IMG/VR virus record: IMGVR_UViG_3300025073_000026
Origin: a virus
Strand: one strand, 5' to 3'
Length of the DNA stretch: 62,068 nucleotides
The notes under the pieces were generated by a model. That model was not told the DNA's origin, ran no database searches, and worked only from the letters and a program-made list of their open reading frames with translations. The position numbers were made by a program, and so were the translations under genes. This document shows positions 39,276 through 49,443 of this stretch, one piece after another. Every line of letters begins with the position of its first letter. The stretch's first letter is position 1.

Positions 39276-39561
39276 TGGTCCCCCGTCGTGGAATCGAACC
39301 ACGGAAAGCATGAGGTCTTTGAATAATCCACCTTCCTGTTGCCTCAAAGGTTGCGGGATCATGCCTTGAAGCCCGCAGTTGGGCAAATCACTTCAGCCGC
39401 TTCGCCCTTTCATCTGGTCCCGCCCAGATCGCTAGAGGCTACTTCGGCTGGGGCTACCCTTACAAGTCCACCTGTGTAAGTGGACTTGTTCCTAGCCCTT
39501 GGGGCTTCGTCAATTACATGAAAATGTCACCACTCTCATGTACACAATCCAGACCGGGAGA
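39276..39561 (-). ncRNA. ~285-nt tRNA-ended structured RNA (tmRNA-like)
   Basis: 3' T-arm CGUGG-UUCGAUU-CCACG, acceptor-like pairing UCUCCCG/CGGGGGA, encoded CCA, several internal hairpins, own promoter motif. Confidence 0.6.
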
Positions 39562-39594
39562 TATTCAAGTTGTCAAAGCAACTTGCACACAACA

Positions 39595-39621
39595 TACTAC
39601 TCTGAACTTCGGACTCCTAAC
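39595..39621 (-). promoter_or_regulatory. Phage promoter motif
   Basis: GTTAG-N16-GTAGTA ~35 nt upstream of the RNA. Confidence 0.75.
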
Positions 39622-39643
39622 GAATTATTTGCAGATATGGCTC

Positions 39644-40207
39644 TCAAGGATCCTCACTGAAAAGTCTCCGACAGTCTTTCTTCAGGGTCACGAGTGCAAT
39701 CTCTATCATCGCCACAGCACTTCTTTTTGCATCCCACCCCTGTTGAAACCAATCTATACTGAGTTCCCCATGAGTGTCATCCAGGAACTTGATCACGTTA
39801 GGGCTAGCCGATTGACCTACATCCCCACCCTTGAACTGGATGTCAACAACCCCGTCATTGACATTGATATGGGCGTTGTAGCCAGGCAATGGGATATGAG
39901 CATGGTTTCCCTGTTCTGCAGCTGCGGTTAGAACAGCATTTGCTAGATCACGGGGATCGTCCTTACGTTCCTGCCAAAAAAGCTCAATCCGACCATTTGC
40001 GCTAACTTCCGTCAATCGCCAGGATGCTCCTTTCATAGCTGCCAGAATGGCAGTGGCGTGCTCGGATCCAGGCTGTGCCTGCAGAGCCACCAATTGCTCT
40101 TGGAGTTGGCCTACTCTAGCGTATGCGTCATTCGCTTCTTGATTCAGCCGCTCAATAGTCGCAACTAACTCAGATTCAGTCATTGGTGGCCCGATGGAAT
40201 TGGTCAT
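39644..40207 (-). CDS. hypothetical protein
   Basis: Coupled to rpoZ. Confidence 0.65.
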   Translation of the reverse strand: MTNSIGPPMTESELVATIERLNQEANDAYARVGQLQEQLVALQAQPGSEHATAILAAMKGASWRLTEVSANGRIELFWQERKDDPRDLANAVLTAAAEQGNHAHIPLPGYNAHINVNDGVVDIQFKGGDVGQSASPNVIKFLDDTHGELSIDWFQQGWDAKRSAVAMIEIALVTLKKDCRRLFSEDP

Positions 40208-40428
40208 TTCTTGGCCGCCTTGGTTTCCGGGGTATTGTCCACTATGACTCGCCCCGCTGCTATCTCTCTCAGGGCAATCACGGCTTCTTTGTTCAGCCGT
40301 ACCCGGGGGTCATTTATCAGGGGGCCCGCCCCGTCTCTCAACTGGCGACAGCGCATTGTCGCCAGTCTGATCAGAACGAAGCGATTACCAACCATATCCA
40401 AGGCATCGTCCACAGTCACTCTAGCCAT
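40204..40428 (-). CDS. rpoZ: RNA polymerase omega subunit
   Basis: MARVTVDD...NRF.L...A..R.RQL..GA.P.....[12 protein letters not shown]. Confidence 0.92.
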   Translation of the reverse strand: MARVTVDDALDMVGNRFVLIRLATMRCRQLRDGAGPLINDPRVRLNKEAVIALREIAAGRVIVDNTPETKAAKK

Positions 40429-40448
40429 CTACATCCTCCACAAGTGGA

Positions 40449-40523
40449 TCGGCCCAGTCGGATTTGAACCGAACGTCGCACGCTTATAAGGCGTGAACTC
40501 TGACCAGGCTGAGCTATGGGCCG
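40449..40523 (-). tRNA. tRNA-Ile(UAU)
   Basis: Cloverleaf; anticodon arm CACGC-CUUAUAA-GCGUG. Confidence 0.85.
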
Positions 40524-40597
40524 ATGTCATGCCCTCTTGGGCTAATCCCTTGACCTGAGTTAACTCAAATAGCGAGTTTTCAAGCCAAACTCTGGGA

Positions 40598-41131
40598 TTA
40601 CTTATCCAACTTCTTCTCTTCATCCAAATCGTCCATCATTTCCTTGAAGTGATCCCTTGCAGTTTTTGACAAGTACGTGATCGTCAATGTCCCCGGGGAA
40701 ACGTTCATAGTGATCGCCGTCTTGTCGGACTGGAGTTCCCAAGTTGCATCCGTTGGATTGTCAGATGTAACTAGAGGGTCCCCATATTTGGCAATTATCT
40801 TGGTTAAGACATGTTTGGGGAATCCCACCAGCAAAGTGATCTCGGTGGGCGCAAGACGGATGAAGGTGCTGCCACCTTCCAGCTTGGAATCAATCGACAG
40901 GAAGGTCATGGTGGCCTGTCTATCAAGGAAAGCGCCCCCACTACAGGTGTGTACCTTTACAGGATCAGATACTTTACTGGTCTCTGTACAAGACAAGCCT
41001 TTCGCTGTTTGCGTTGCAATGGCGTCCACAACGGGGGTACCAAAAGTCCTATCCTGATACTTCCCCGTGGGAATGTCTGCCGTGGAAATTCCAACTGTGA
41101 GAATAGCAGCAAGAATTAGAGTATGTACCAT
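40598..41131 (-). CDS. secreted hypothetical protein
   Basis: Signal-peptide-like N-terminus. Confidence 0.65.
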   Translation of the reverse strand: MVHTLILAAILTVGISTADIPTGKYQDRTFGTPVVDAIATQTAKGLSCTETSKVSDPVKVHTCSGGAFLDRQATMTFLSIDSKLEGGSTFIRLAPTEITLLVGFPKHVLTKIIAKYGDPLVTSDNPTDATWELQSDKTAITMNVSPGTLTITYLSKTARDHFKEMMDDLDEEKKLDK

Positions 41132-41138
41132 GTGATCC

Positions 41139-42089
41139 TCATGCCCCCGCTTCAGTTTCGTTCAGCGGGTTTCCTACGGACTGATTGGAGATGGCCCCAA
41201 GGGTTTCCGTTTCTTTCAACAGAGTTTCCCGCCACAGGCTAATGGGAAGCGCCCTCTTGAATGCCGATCTCAAATGCCGATGAATGACCGGATTTCTCTC
41301 GACAGGCATTTTCTGTGCGCTGGCTACCGGATCCTTCGTGTATGCTGCCAGCAGGTCATCCACTTCAGCGTAAGCACTTCTAGTAGTAGCATGCCGACTC
41401 TTCCAAGCGGGCATGATCTGGTCGATATCTGTCTTGGACACCCCAAGTCCGTCCGTGGCACTAGCATCGATGCACACCTGAAGGGCTTCAGCCTGTAGAC
41501 CCGTCATGGTGCCGACAAGATAGTCTGCAATGGCATAGACTTCGGTCTTCCAGAGTCCATGAATGACATTGTAGTCAAAGTCGTCTCCATGGCGGGTCCA
41601 GAATGAGAGCAAGTACTCAGTGAGATTGTCAGTACCCAGGACCATCCCCTGGCGTTTACCCGCCAAATCGTACAAGTAGATCATCCTGAGTCTGGCCTTG
41701 ATGTTCCCGAGACTGATCTTAGTGGAATCACCATTCCTTCCTGTCACCTTCTTGAGTGCCCGAAAGGGCTTCTCCAAGTCTGTACTGTGCCAGAATTCGG
41801 AGCAGAAGGCATTCCCTACCAGTTCCGACCGGTTGATCTCATCCGGCTTATTGCTGGTGATAGTCAGGCTCACTCCAATCAGAGGAATGCCCAACTCGTC
41901 GCATACGGGGCGAGCCAGAACTGCTGTAAGGGCAGAATCTACACCTCCAGAGACACCCAACACCAGAGACTTCAAGGCGGGGTTCTTGAGCATGTAGTCC
42001 TTGAGGCTAGTACGAATGTTGGCTACAATCTGCTTACACTGTTCGGATGAGAGCTGTCTAATCATCGTTTTCTTCCTCTCTAGGTTCAT
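41139..42089 (-). CDS. nadE: NH3-dependent NAD+ synthetase
   Basis: SGGVDS, NIKARLRM, GTDNLTE, HGD, KTEVY. Confidence 0.93.
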   Translation of the reverse strand: MNLERKKTMIRQLSSEQCKQIVANIRTSLKDYMLKNPALKSLVLGVSGGVDSALTAVLARPVCDELGIPLIGVSLTITSNKPDEINRSELVGNAFCSEFWHSTDLEKPFRALKKVTGRNGDSTKISLGNIKARLRMIYLYDLAGKRQGMVLGTDNLTEYLLSFWTRHGDDFDYNVIHGLWKTEVYAIADYLVGTMTGLQAEALQVCIDASATDGLGVSKTDIDQIMPAWKSRHATTRSAYAEVDDLLAAYTKDPVASAQKMPVERNPVIHRHLRSAFKRALPISLWRETLLKETETLGAISNQSVGNPLNETEAGA

Positions 42090-42092
42090 GGT

Positions 42093-43343
42093 TCAACAGC
42101 AGCAAATCTTCCTCAAGTACGTCATGTAATCAGCGTCTCTGCACATTTCCTTTCCGGGGGAATCACTCAGTTTTGCCACAGGCTGGCCATTGCACTCAAT
42201 CATCTTGATCACATTCTGTGCTGCTACGATCCCCGGGATATCGTTTGTAAGGTTTGTTCCGATCCCACACGAGGGCAACAGCCGCCCCGAGAACCTATTG
42301 CAAAGAGCAATAGCTTTGGGGAAGGTCAGATTGTCCGAGAATACGGCCACCTTGTGGTGAGATGGGATGCCCAACTTCTCGTAGTGGGCGATCAGTGCCT
42401 CCCCCCAGGCTTCAGGGTCCCCGCTGTCCTGCCTTGCCCCGTCATAGACTTTAGCCAGGTACAGGTCAAAGTCACGAAGGAAAGCATTCATACCAATGAT
42501 GTCAGATAGGGCATATCCGACTTCCCCACGGAAATGATCGATCCAGTCCATGAAGAACTGCTTCTGGAATGTCTGGAGCCGCACTAGAGCCTGATAGGCT
42601 GACAGGCACTCGTGAGCCATAGTCCCTCTGGGGATGATGCCGTATTTCTTTGCTAGGTACATATTGGATGTCCCAACAAAGACGGACTTTGGGAGGCTTG
42701 CGGTGAGTCGCCTGATCACATAGTCATGCCAGTCAGTACAGAAAGCACGCCGAAGTCCGAAGTCCGAGAATCGGAATGTCTCAGACGCACCTCGGGCCAA
42801 TTCAATCTTGGTTTCTAGGGCAGCGATCGCTGGACCTAATGACTGGATTGCACTCGTGGATTCCGTGAAGTTCCCTACCGGGGGGCAGTCAGGGAGACTC
42901 AGCATGACTGCACCATTGTACTCATTCGGATGGTAGTACCTTGCGATCTCTTCTGAGACGATAGGGAGAATCAATGTCTCGAATGGGGAGACATGCAGCC
43001 ATGGGCCGTCAATATCACCTACCAGATCTGGACCATCAGTATCCAACTTCTTGATGAACCGCTTTTGGAGCCGGAAGACTCTGAGGAAGTCCAAATATGA
43101 TGGGTGGAGGTACTTCATCGAAGTAGCCATGAACTCAATCTCATCATCCATGAAGGTCAAGTCGAACAGGTTGTTCACGGACCTACGGATAGGGGTGATG
43201 ATGTCCCTGTAGTCTACCCCAGCCGCTTCACGATTGCGGCATCGAAAAGCCCACCGAGAAGTGACCCCGGGGTGTCTATGGAGGATGAAATCCCCCATGG
43301 ATGCCTTGTAGGCGTCATTCCAGAGAAGTGAAGTAATGCTCAT
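42093..43343 (-). CDS. pncB: Nicotinate phosphoribosyltransferase
   Basis: DAYKASM, DFGLRR, GTSN, GTMAHE, RQDSGDP, FSDNL, GIGTNL, KLSDSPGK. Confidence 0.95.
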   Translation of the reverse strand: MSITSLLWNDAYKASMGDFILHRHPGVTSRWAFRCRNREAAGVDYRDIITPIRRSVNNLFDLTFMDDEIEFMATSMKYLHPSYLDFLRVFRLQKRFIKKLDTDGPDLVGDIDGPWLHVSPFETLILPIVSEEIARYYHPNEYNGAVMLSLPDCPPVGNFTESTSAIQSLGPAIAALETKIELARGASETFRFSDFGLRRAFCTDWHDYVIRRLTASLPKSVFVGTSNMYLAKKYGIIPRGTMAHECLSAYQALVRLQTFQKQFFMDWIDHFRGEVGYALSDIIGMNAFLRDFDLYLAKVYDGARQDSGDPEAWGEALIAHYEKLGIPSHHKVAVFSDNLTFPKAIALCNRFSGRLLPSCGIGTNLTNDIPGIVAAQNVIKMIECNGQPVAKLSDSPGKEMCRDADYMTYLRKICCC

Positions 43344-43369
43344 TACACCGACCCCCGCATACACCTTTG

Positions 43370-43396
43370 TACTACTCTACTTTCAGGTAACCTAAC
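43370..43396 (-). promoter_or_regulatory. Phage promoter motif upstream of pncB-nadE
   Basis: GTTAG-N16-GTAGTA. Confidence 0.75.
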
Positions 43397-43648
43397 AGAT
43401 CAGACGGAGATTTTCTTTTCCAGGCATGCCTGGAAAGCGTCAACCATCCTAAGAAACGCACAAGACTGATAGGGCATGATCTGTCCCGGCCTGCAGGTGG
43501 CGTTGTGTTGCGCCCGGATACGATTCTCAGCGGATTCAATCCGGGACTCCCAGACTAATGACTCCAACAGGCTTTGAGTGGTCATTTGGAGCGTCCTCCA
43601 CAGCAGCGGGGCTTTCTGCACATCACTGCGGCTATTTGATACAGAGCG

Positions 43649-44239
43649 TCAGACACTTTCTTCCTCTGTCTGCAATGTCTGTTTGGTCAATCTGAATCCG
43701 AGGATGGTCTTAGGAACGTCACCCCCACATGGGGCGGTCAGGTACGAGAGAGCCCGCTGCTTCATGGTCTCTAGGATCTTCTTAGGCGGTTTCATGTCCA
43801 GATTAATAGCCACACTCAGGTAAGCCGGGGCATACCAAGGGCCACTCTTTTCAGCAGCGGCCAACTCGTTTTTCGTGGGCTTGTCCTTTCTGATCGATGC
43901 AAGGTACTTCCTGCGAACCACTCTAGGGTCTGTGCCATCAGGCCAGTGGTTCCCGTTACCGTCATTGAAGTAGCCTGGGGTTGGGTATATCTCTACAGGT
44001 TTTGAGCAGCCGTGCTCATCACTAACGAATGCTATATGATCACAGAACCAATTAAATGCTTTCTGGGTAAGATGGCCATCTCCGTAAAGTGCCGCACTGG
44101 CCTCTTCCAATCCATGGCTGCATTCACCGAAACGTCCGGTAATCCAGGCACACATTTCCCGCTCGAAATTGCCTGCATAGGTGTCCGTGTCGATTACAAA
44201 GAGGAAGGGCGCAAAGTTGCTAGACATCGAACACCTCAT
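43649..44239 (-). CDS. hypothetical phage protein
   Basis: FVIDTDTYAGNFEREMCA; RBS. Confidence 0.7.
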   Translation of the reverse strand: MRCSMSSNFAPFLFVIDTDTYAGNFEREMCAWITGRFGECSHGLEEASAALYGDGHLTQKAFNWFCDHIAFVSDEHGCSKPVEIYPTPGYFNDGNGNHWPDGTDPRVVRRKYLASIRKDKPTKNELAAAEKSGPWYAPAYLSVAINLDMKPPKKILETMKQRALSYLTAPCGGDVPKTILGFRLTKQTLQTEEESV

Positions 44240-44261
44240 CGTTCATTATGCGAAGCTTAGT

Positions 44262-44597
44262 TCACTTCCGTGGCTTTGGCTGGGTTTTCTCCACCACACT
44301 GTAGCCCAGCTTGTCAGCCCACAACTTCAGGGCATCCACATGGGATGTGTCAAAAGGAGTGGAGAACAGGATCTCCCCATCATTAGCCCCGACTGCTACA
44401 GCAACCACTGTATCCACATGGTGTGTTTCTATAACTCGGGCAGCAGTGGCATGATGTCCCGCTCGGATAGGACCTGGATGCGGGTATGTTCCCGCTAGAG
44501 AGATTGCCTTTACGAGTCCAGCACAAAATTCCCCTGGATTGTTACGAATTTCTTCAAGGGCGTCGTTGATCACGATAACTGTTGTAATGAGACCCAT
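44262..44597 (-). CDS. hypothetical phage protein
   Basis: GAGG RBS. Confidence 0.65.
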   Translation of the reverse strand: MGLITTVIVINDALEEIRNNPGEFCAGLVKAISLAGTYPHPGPIRAGHHATAARVIETHHVDTVVAVAVGANDGEILFSTPFDTSHVDALKLWADKLGYSVVEKTQPKPRK

Positions 44598-44629
44598 CTT
44601 GTCACCTCTTCATCAAATCAAACAAACAG

Positions 44630-44698
44630 TGGGGCGGTAGGATTCGAACCTACGTTTCCGGCATACGATCCGGTGCTTTCCTCAAAGCTACTCTCCCC
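44630..44698 (-). tRNA. degenerate tRNA-like gene (irregular anticodon arm)
   Basis: Perfect T-arm GUAGG-UUCGAAU-CCUAC, short D-arm, 4-bp anticodon stem with 8-nt loop. Confidence 0.5.
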
Positions 44699-44700
44699 AA

Positions 44701-44774
44701 AGCTCCCGGAGGGATTCGAACCCCCGCCCCGCTGATTACAAATCAGCAGCTCTGGCCAACTGAGCTACGGGAGC
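44701..44774 (-). tRNA. tRNA-Thr(UGU)
   Basis: Cloverleaf; GCUGA-UUUGUAA-UCAGC. Confidence 0.92.
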
Positions 44775-44814
44775 ACATCAAAGTATCACTCCTTCTTACA
44801 AGCCACACTTTCAG

Positions 44815-44888
44815 AGTCGGAGATGGGAATTGAACCCATATAATCGGGATTAGAAATCCCGTGCCCTATCCAATTGGGCTACTCCGAC
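44815..44888 (-). tRNA. tRNA-Arg(UCU)
   Basis: Cloverleaf; CGGGA-UUUCUAA-UCCCG. Confidence 0.92.
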
Positions 44889-45309
44889 CAAATAACTGCA
44901 TTGGGTCTGCAAAGTCGCCAGCTAACTTGACCCCTTTGCATTGATGATTCTTGGAAGGTTGCATCCGTAAACAAATGCCCCAGCTAACTGCATCATTTGG
45001 GATATAATAGCAACAATCCGTTGTTGGACAATAGATAGCTGTTGCAGCATAACTTGATTTGTTGTGCTTCTTTATATGTACCCCATGCCGATCCGCCCAG
45101 CAACTTTTCAGAGGGACCATGATGGTCCCTCGTGCAACGGCCCGATATTTGACGGATAGGCGTAAAAGCTGGTTAGTCTCCGAGATAGCAATGCAATCAA
45201 AGGACAGGTGTTCGCTGATGGGTAGTGCCACTTGGATACCTTTTGATAGCAGATCGGCAATCACAAAACCCAAACCAGCATCCCCTTTGTCCTTTGTATG
45301 GTGCCTCAT
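44866..45309 (-). CDS. PD-(D/E)XK endonuclease (group I intron-associated type), free-standing
   Basis: TKDKGD....VIADL...G..V..P...H..FD......RLSVKY...YCP....Y; GGAGG RBS. Confidence 0.75.
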   Translation of the reverse strand: MRHHTKDKGDAGLGFVIADLLSKGIQVALPISEHLSFDCIAISETNQLLRLSVKYRAVARGTIMVPLKSCWADRHGVHIKKHNKSSYAATAIYCPTTDCCYYIPNDAVSWGICLRMQPSKNHQCKGVKLAGDFADPMQLFGRSSPIG

Positions 45310-45413
45310 TTGTCCTCCCAAGGTCGTCACTATATTAAGCCGTACATTCTTGTCAATGAATCTATCCATTCTCAGCCTAACGGGGATGTGCAAAGACCCA
45401 TACCTGCACCATC

Positions 45414-45440
45414 TACTACTCTAATCCAACGCTACCTAAC
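45414..45440 (-). promoter_or_regulatory. Phage promoter motif
   Basis: GTTAG-N16-GTAGTA. Confidence 0.75.
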
Positions 45441-45448
45441 AGAAGAAA

Positions 45449-45685
45449 TTACAGGATGACGATTTTGGTGTGCTTGTCTTCCTTACCTCTGGCGATAGCC
45501 ACAAAAATCGTCTGAAGGGCTTGGTGGGTGTAGCCGCCCTTTCCGATAATTCTTCCTCGGTCGGACTCATCAACGGAGATCTCAAATACGTCTGTCCGTG
45601 TACCGTTCAGGTGATTGATTTTCACGCTTTCCGGGAACTCACAGATAGCTTGAACGATGTGTGTAAGAAGTTCTGCTGATGTCAT
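45449..45685 (-). CDS. khpA: KH-domain RNA-binding protein, KhpA-like
   Basis: ELL..IV.A....PE.V........V...D.GRIIGKGG...AL. Confidence 0.88.
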   Translation of the reverse strand: MTSAELLTHIVQAICEFPESVKINHLNGTRTDVFEISVDESDRGRIIGKGGYTHQALQTIFVAIARGKEDKHTKIVIL

Positions 45686-45884
45686 GATCTGGCTCCCGTC
45701 TCAACAAACGGTTTGTCACAGGAGACACTGTACCACTGAGTTGCGAGTAAACGTAACATCGGAAAGGCAGTTCTGCATCCCCTCGGATGGCCCGCCGAAT
45801 GATCTCATCTATTGGGATGGAAATGATCAGTGGCCCGGCAAACAAAGGCCGCTGCCAATTGTATCTCTTGACTCGCTCGTACAT
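45639..45884 (-). CDS. hypothetical protein
   Basis: AAGGAA RBS. Confidence 0.45.
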   Translation of the reverse strand: MYERVKRYNWQRPLFAGPLIISIPIDEIIRRAIRGDAELPFRCYVYSQLSGTVSPVTNRLLRREPDHDISRTSYTHRSSYL

Positions 45885-45899
45885 GACTGTAATTCCTTC

Positions 45900-46510
45900 A
45901 GGAAGAATGAAATCGGGGTCGGACTCAAACCGACTACGGGAACGTGCCTCAGACCGTAAGGACTACGGATTTGACAGTTCACTTTGGTGCTTCCAAGGTT
46001 ACTATGCCTGTGTCCTTTGGTACTTTTCCCACCGATTATCATCTGGTCTCATCATCATATTAAAAGTTGACTCCAAGTAGAGTTGGCCAGCAAACTCTAC
46101 CGGTACTCCCATCGTGGACCGCACGAGTATTAGAGTCGATATCTCAGGTTTCGTAGGGAGTGACAACCCTGAGTACCCAAGTCCCGCCTGCCTCAGCCCC
46201 ATCGGGACACGACCTAACACGTCTGAGGACACATAGGTTCTCTGGCTATCCTAGTTGCTTAGTACCCCGCAACCACAGCAAGCCAGTCTCACCCTATGGG
46301 GTGTTGACCCTAAGTATAACGATTGGCCGGGAATCCGGTCAGGAGTCGCAAGTGAATCCAAAATGCGTCTCCCCTGCGGGAGTTCGTTCGACCGCTGCAA
46401 GCACTCAAGGCAAGGCTCGTTACCCTGACAGCCTCAATGGGTACAGGGACAGTTCACTAGCAGACTTGCTTTGGTACCAGAAGTAGTATCCACATAGTTA
46501 CTCTACTGTC
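45900..46510 (-). ncRNA. candidate ~600-nt structured non-coding RNA downstream of tRNA-Ser
   Basis: No convincing ORF; multiple hairpins and a T-arm-like element near the 3' end. Confidence 0.4.
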
Positions 46511-46517
46511 CTAGTAG

Positions 46518-46605
46518 CGGAGCAGGAGGGATTTGAACCCCCGGACGGGTATTAGCCGTCACTAGTTTTCAAGACTAGCATCATAAGCCACTCGATCACC
46601 GCTCC
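46518..46605 (-). tRNA. tRNA-Ser(UGA)
   Basis: Class II cloverleaf; CUAGU-CUUGAAA-ACUAG, G73. Confidence 0.93.
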
Positions 46606-46820
46606 GTTTGTAAAGGGGGGTAGACGTTTTGCGCGGCACCGTGGCGCGTCTACCTGGGATGTCTAGTCTCAACAAGCCGCCCCAAGATAGACTCATTCCA
46701 CAGGCAAGGCTAGATCCGAGTCCTGTATTACGAGTGCTTCCATCGTGCAGAAGGGGGGGCAATATCCCTTTTCCCCTTGTGAGACACTGACAAGAAATGC
46801 ATCCTTGCCAGTGAAGCACC

Positions 46821-46836
46821 AAACTGTCAAAGAACC
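46821..46836 (-). promoter_or_regulatory. boxA-like antitermination element GGTTCTTTGACAGTTT
   Basis: Identical 16-mer also at 59305-59320; both lie between a promoter and RNA genes. Confidence 0.6.
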
Positions 46837-46849
46837 GCCCTACACTTCA

Positions 46850-46876
46850 TACTACCCTACCACAAGGATTCCTAAC
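46850..46876 (-). promoter_or_regulatory. Phage promoter motif
   Basis: GTTAG-N16-GTAGTA. Confidence 0.75.
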
Positions 46877-46890
46877 AAGAAAAAAGTGGG

Positions 46891-49443
46891 TTAGTCCAAC
46901 TTACACGTCCCAAGGAACTTCACCGGCTGACAAAGTGCCTTGCATTGGATGCACCATATTCCCCGGCAGGTCACGCTGCTGATAAGGCAGGACAACCGAG
47001 CCTTCTGTAGCCGAAAGAGACTGGTTGGCTCCAACTCCTCATGTCCACATTCTAGGAGCCACCGCAAAGCACGGTAGTGCGGCTGCCTTGAAGGATTCTT
47101 CTTCAGGAAGAGGGACATGACCTATACCTTCTTCCTACTATCAAAGCCTTTGCAAGAAACGTCCGGTCTGCTTTGGTCAAAGGGGACTCGACAATCACCT
47201 TCTTCCCATCAACTTCCTGCAAAGTACATTTGGAGATAACACGGCCAAGGTCATCTAAGAGCCACACAAACTCGTCCCTGTGTAGAGCCTCTTCAGCAGC
47301 TACACAGTCACGTTCGTTTACTATGAAGAGGCTCTGCTGGTCTCGTCTCAGAAGGATTCCTTCCGACCACGCCATCAGGTGGCTCTTCATAACCCTTACT
47401 AAGGGCTTGTCCTTATCTGGCATGTCCACTCCTTGTCATACAGTGCGGGCACCAGCCTGTAGTCCCACGGGCTAGTGCTAGAGCGTGATCTCTCGTCTCA
47501 GCGGAGACTGTTTGGTCGTGGTCAACGCATCGGGCGTACCACGGATATATGGATGACCGGGTCATGGGTTGGATTTCAACCCGAATACCGGCCCGGTTAG
47601 TTCCGACCTTGCCATTGTCTGAACAGGGTTCCACTTTCACCATACCATCCAGTACTTTGCTGTTCGCCCTCATGTATCTCCATACTAGCAGGAGTTAGCT
47701 CCGGCCGTATTCCTCTTCTAGAGCCCTCATCTGTCTGACACTGTATATTGCCATGTTCAGCCGTTCAGTGACACTGACCCGGTCTTCCGCGGGAGACCCT
47801 TTTGGGATCGCCAAACCAAGCCAGACAGTCTCCTGATTACCAGCTGGGAACTCAACCCTTGGGGGAGTCGTCAATTTCACCCCGAACTCAATGCTAGCAT
47901 GGTTGAACCCGTCGTTGTCATCAAGGAACCGATGTTGAACCTTGACAATGGATGGCAATGGGCCACTTCGAATAGCCTTGTCCAAGAAAGCTATGAGAGT
48001 TGCGTCATCCAATGTGAAGGGGTTCATCGCTCACCTCCGTGTTCCTTGTCAGGCGAGTAATGCCCACACCGGGGAGTACCCAACTCAATGTCAGCAATTC
48101 CACAGCACTCCGGGGTATCCACTCCTCGATAGCCACCATAGCCGTCAGCGGCGTCATTACCCCAGATGTGGTTACGGCACTTGGCACACTTCCGGGTAAG
48201 CCATTCATCATTAGTTGGTTTGCGACGACTCATGCATCACCTCTCTTGGCACCCAACGTTCCACTATGTCTGCCCACTGGAATGCGTTTCTTGATTGTCT
48301 CAAGCAACTGCACGGCACTAGTAGGTTTGGCTTTCTGCTTACTGGACATCAAAGCACCACTTTCTTAGGGTCATAGAACACAAGACCAGTAGTTACATCA
48401 GACAGGTCTGGGACTTCAGGTAGGGTTGCGGGCATCCACTTGCCTAGGGCGTCAAACATGAAGTAAGACCCCCCGGCTGGCACTATCAACGTTTTCTTGT
48501 TTGCAATGATCTTGACTTCTACAAGAAGAAGTTGCTTGGATGACTCCGTGGTGTCACCCATTACCCCATCGGGGTAGCCATAGAACCAATACCAGCCTTT
48601 CTTCGTTGGTGTTTTCTTTGTCCACTTTGGAGCTACCATGCAATTAACCTCCCACAACACACCTTACTACTCGGTTCTCCAAGTTCCTACTGGATCGGGA
48701 GCAACTTCACCCTGACAGTATCCAACAGCTTCCAAAGATACACCCACCCCGCATCTGCATCAGTCTGGAGGTTCCTGTCATGGTTTGCCATGCTATCCAT
48801 AATGCATTGGATACGATGGATCTCTTTCCGCATCCCTTTTATGTCTAATTGCACGGGATTATAACCGTGGTCTCCTGCGCCCTTCCAGATATCTGCTAGG
48901 ATACGTTCTACTGGTTTCTGAAAAGCCATCTGCATCTCCTCAGCTGATAGTGACACTAGCTTTCATTGTCACAGTGAACAATCTCACCTCGTATCGATGC
49001 CCCTGGACGCGTACGACGACTGTCCGGGGAGTGACCAGAAGTGACGTGACATCCACGGAGAAGGATACCGTGCCCCCAACGACATTGGAGACGATCTCCT
49101 TCTCGCCGGAGAGCCCATTCAAGAGACCAGCAATCTCAGCGGTTTCTGACGCATAGAAGGTGTAGGTTCCTCCGTGTTCTCCATGATATCCGTCCAGGAT
49201 CTCCATCTCAGTCCATGTCTGTGAGTACCCGGGACGGCCGTCCATGGCCCGATCCCCCACTCCATTGGTGAAGGTACGAGTCTCCAGGTCCATCAACTGG
49301 GCGTCGAGGAACTCTTCCAACAGATAGATAGAGCCATCAGGAATGATTTGGAGCTGCTCCTTTAGGGCCATTGTCAGTGCATCGGCGGGGACGTTCCCCC
49401 AGTGAGAACAGCTCTGATTCCACAAACTGACTGTTTTCTTCAT
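46891..49443 (-). other. Run of about 8 small hypothetical ORFs (46891-47118, 47103-47429, 47413-47673, 47695-48027, 48024-48233, 48349-48660, 48687-48956, 48940-49443)
   Basis: Tightly packed, co-oriented, mostly with RBS; typical phage early-type region. Confidence 0.6.

Noticed and set aside
45900-46510. RNase P RNA or canonical tmRNA
   Set aside because: No GAGGAAAGUCC signature and no matching acceptor/CCA end found.
46821-46836. TTGACA in the 16-mer as a sigma70 -35 box
   Set aside because: No -10 element at 16-18 bp in either copy; boxA fits better.
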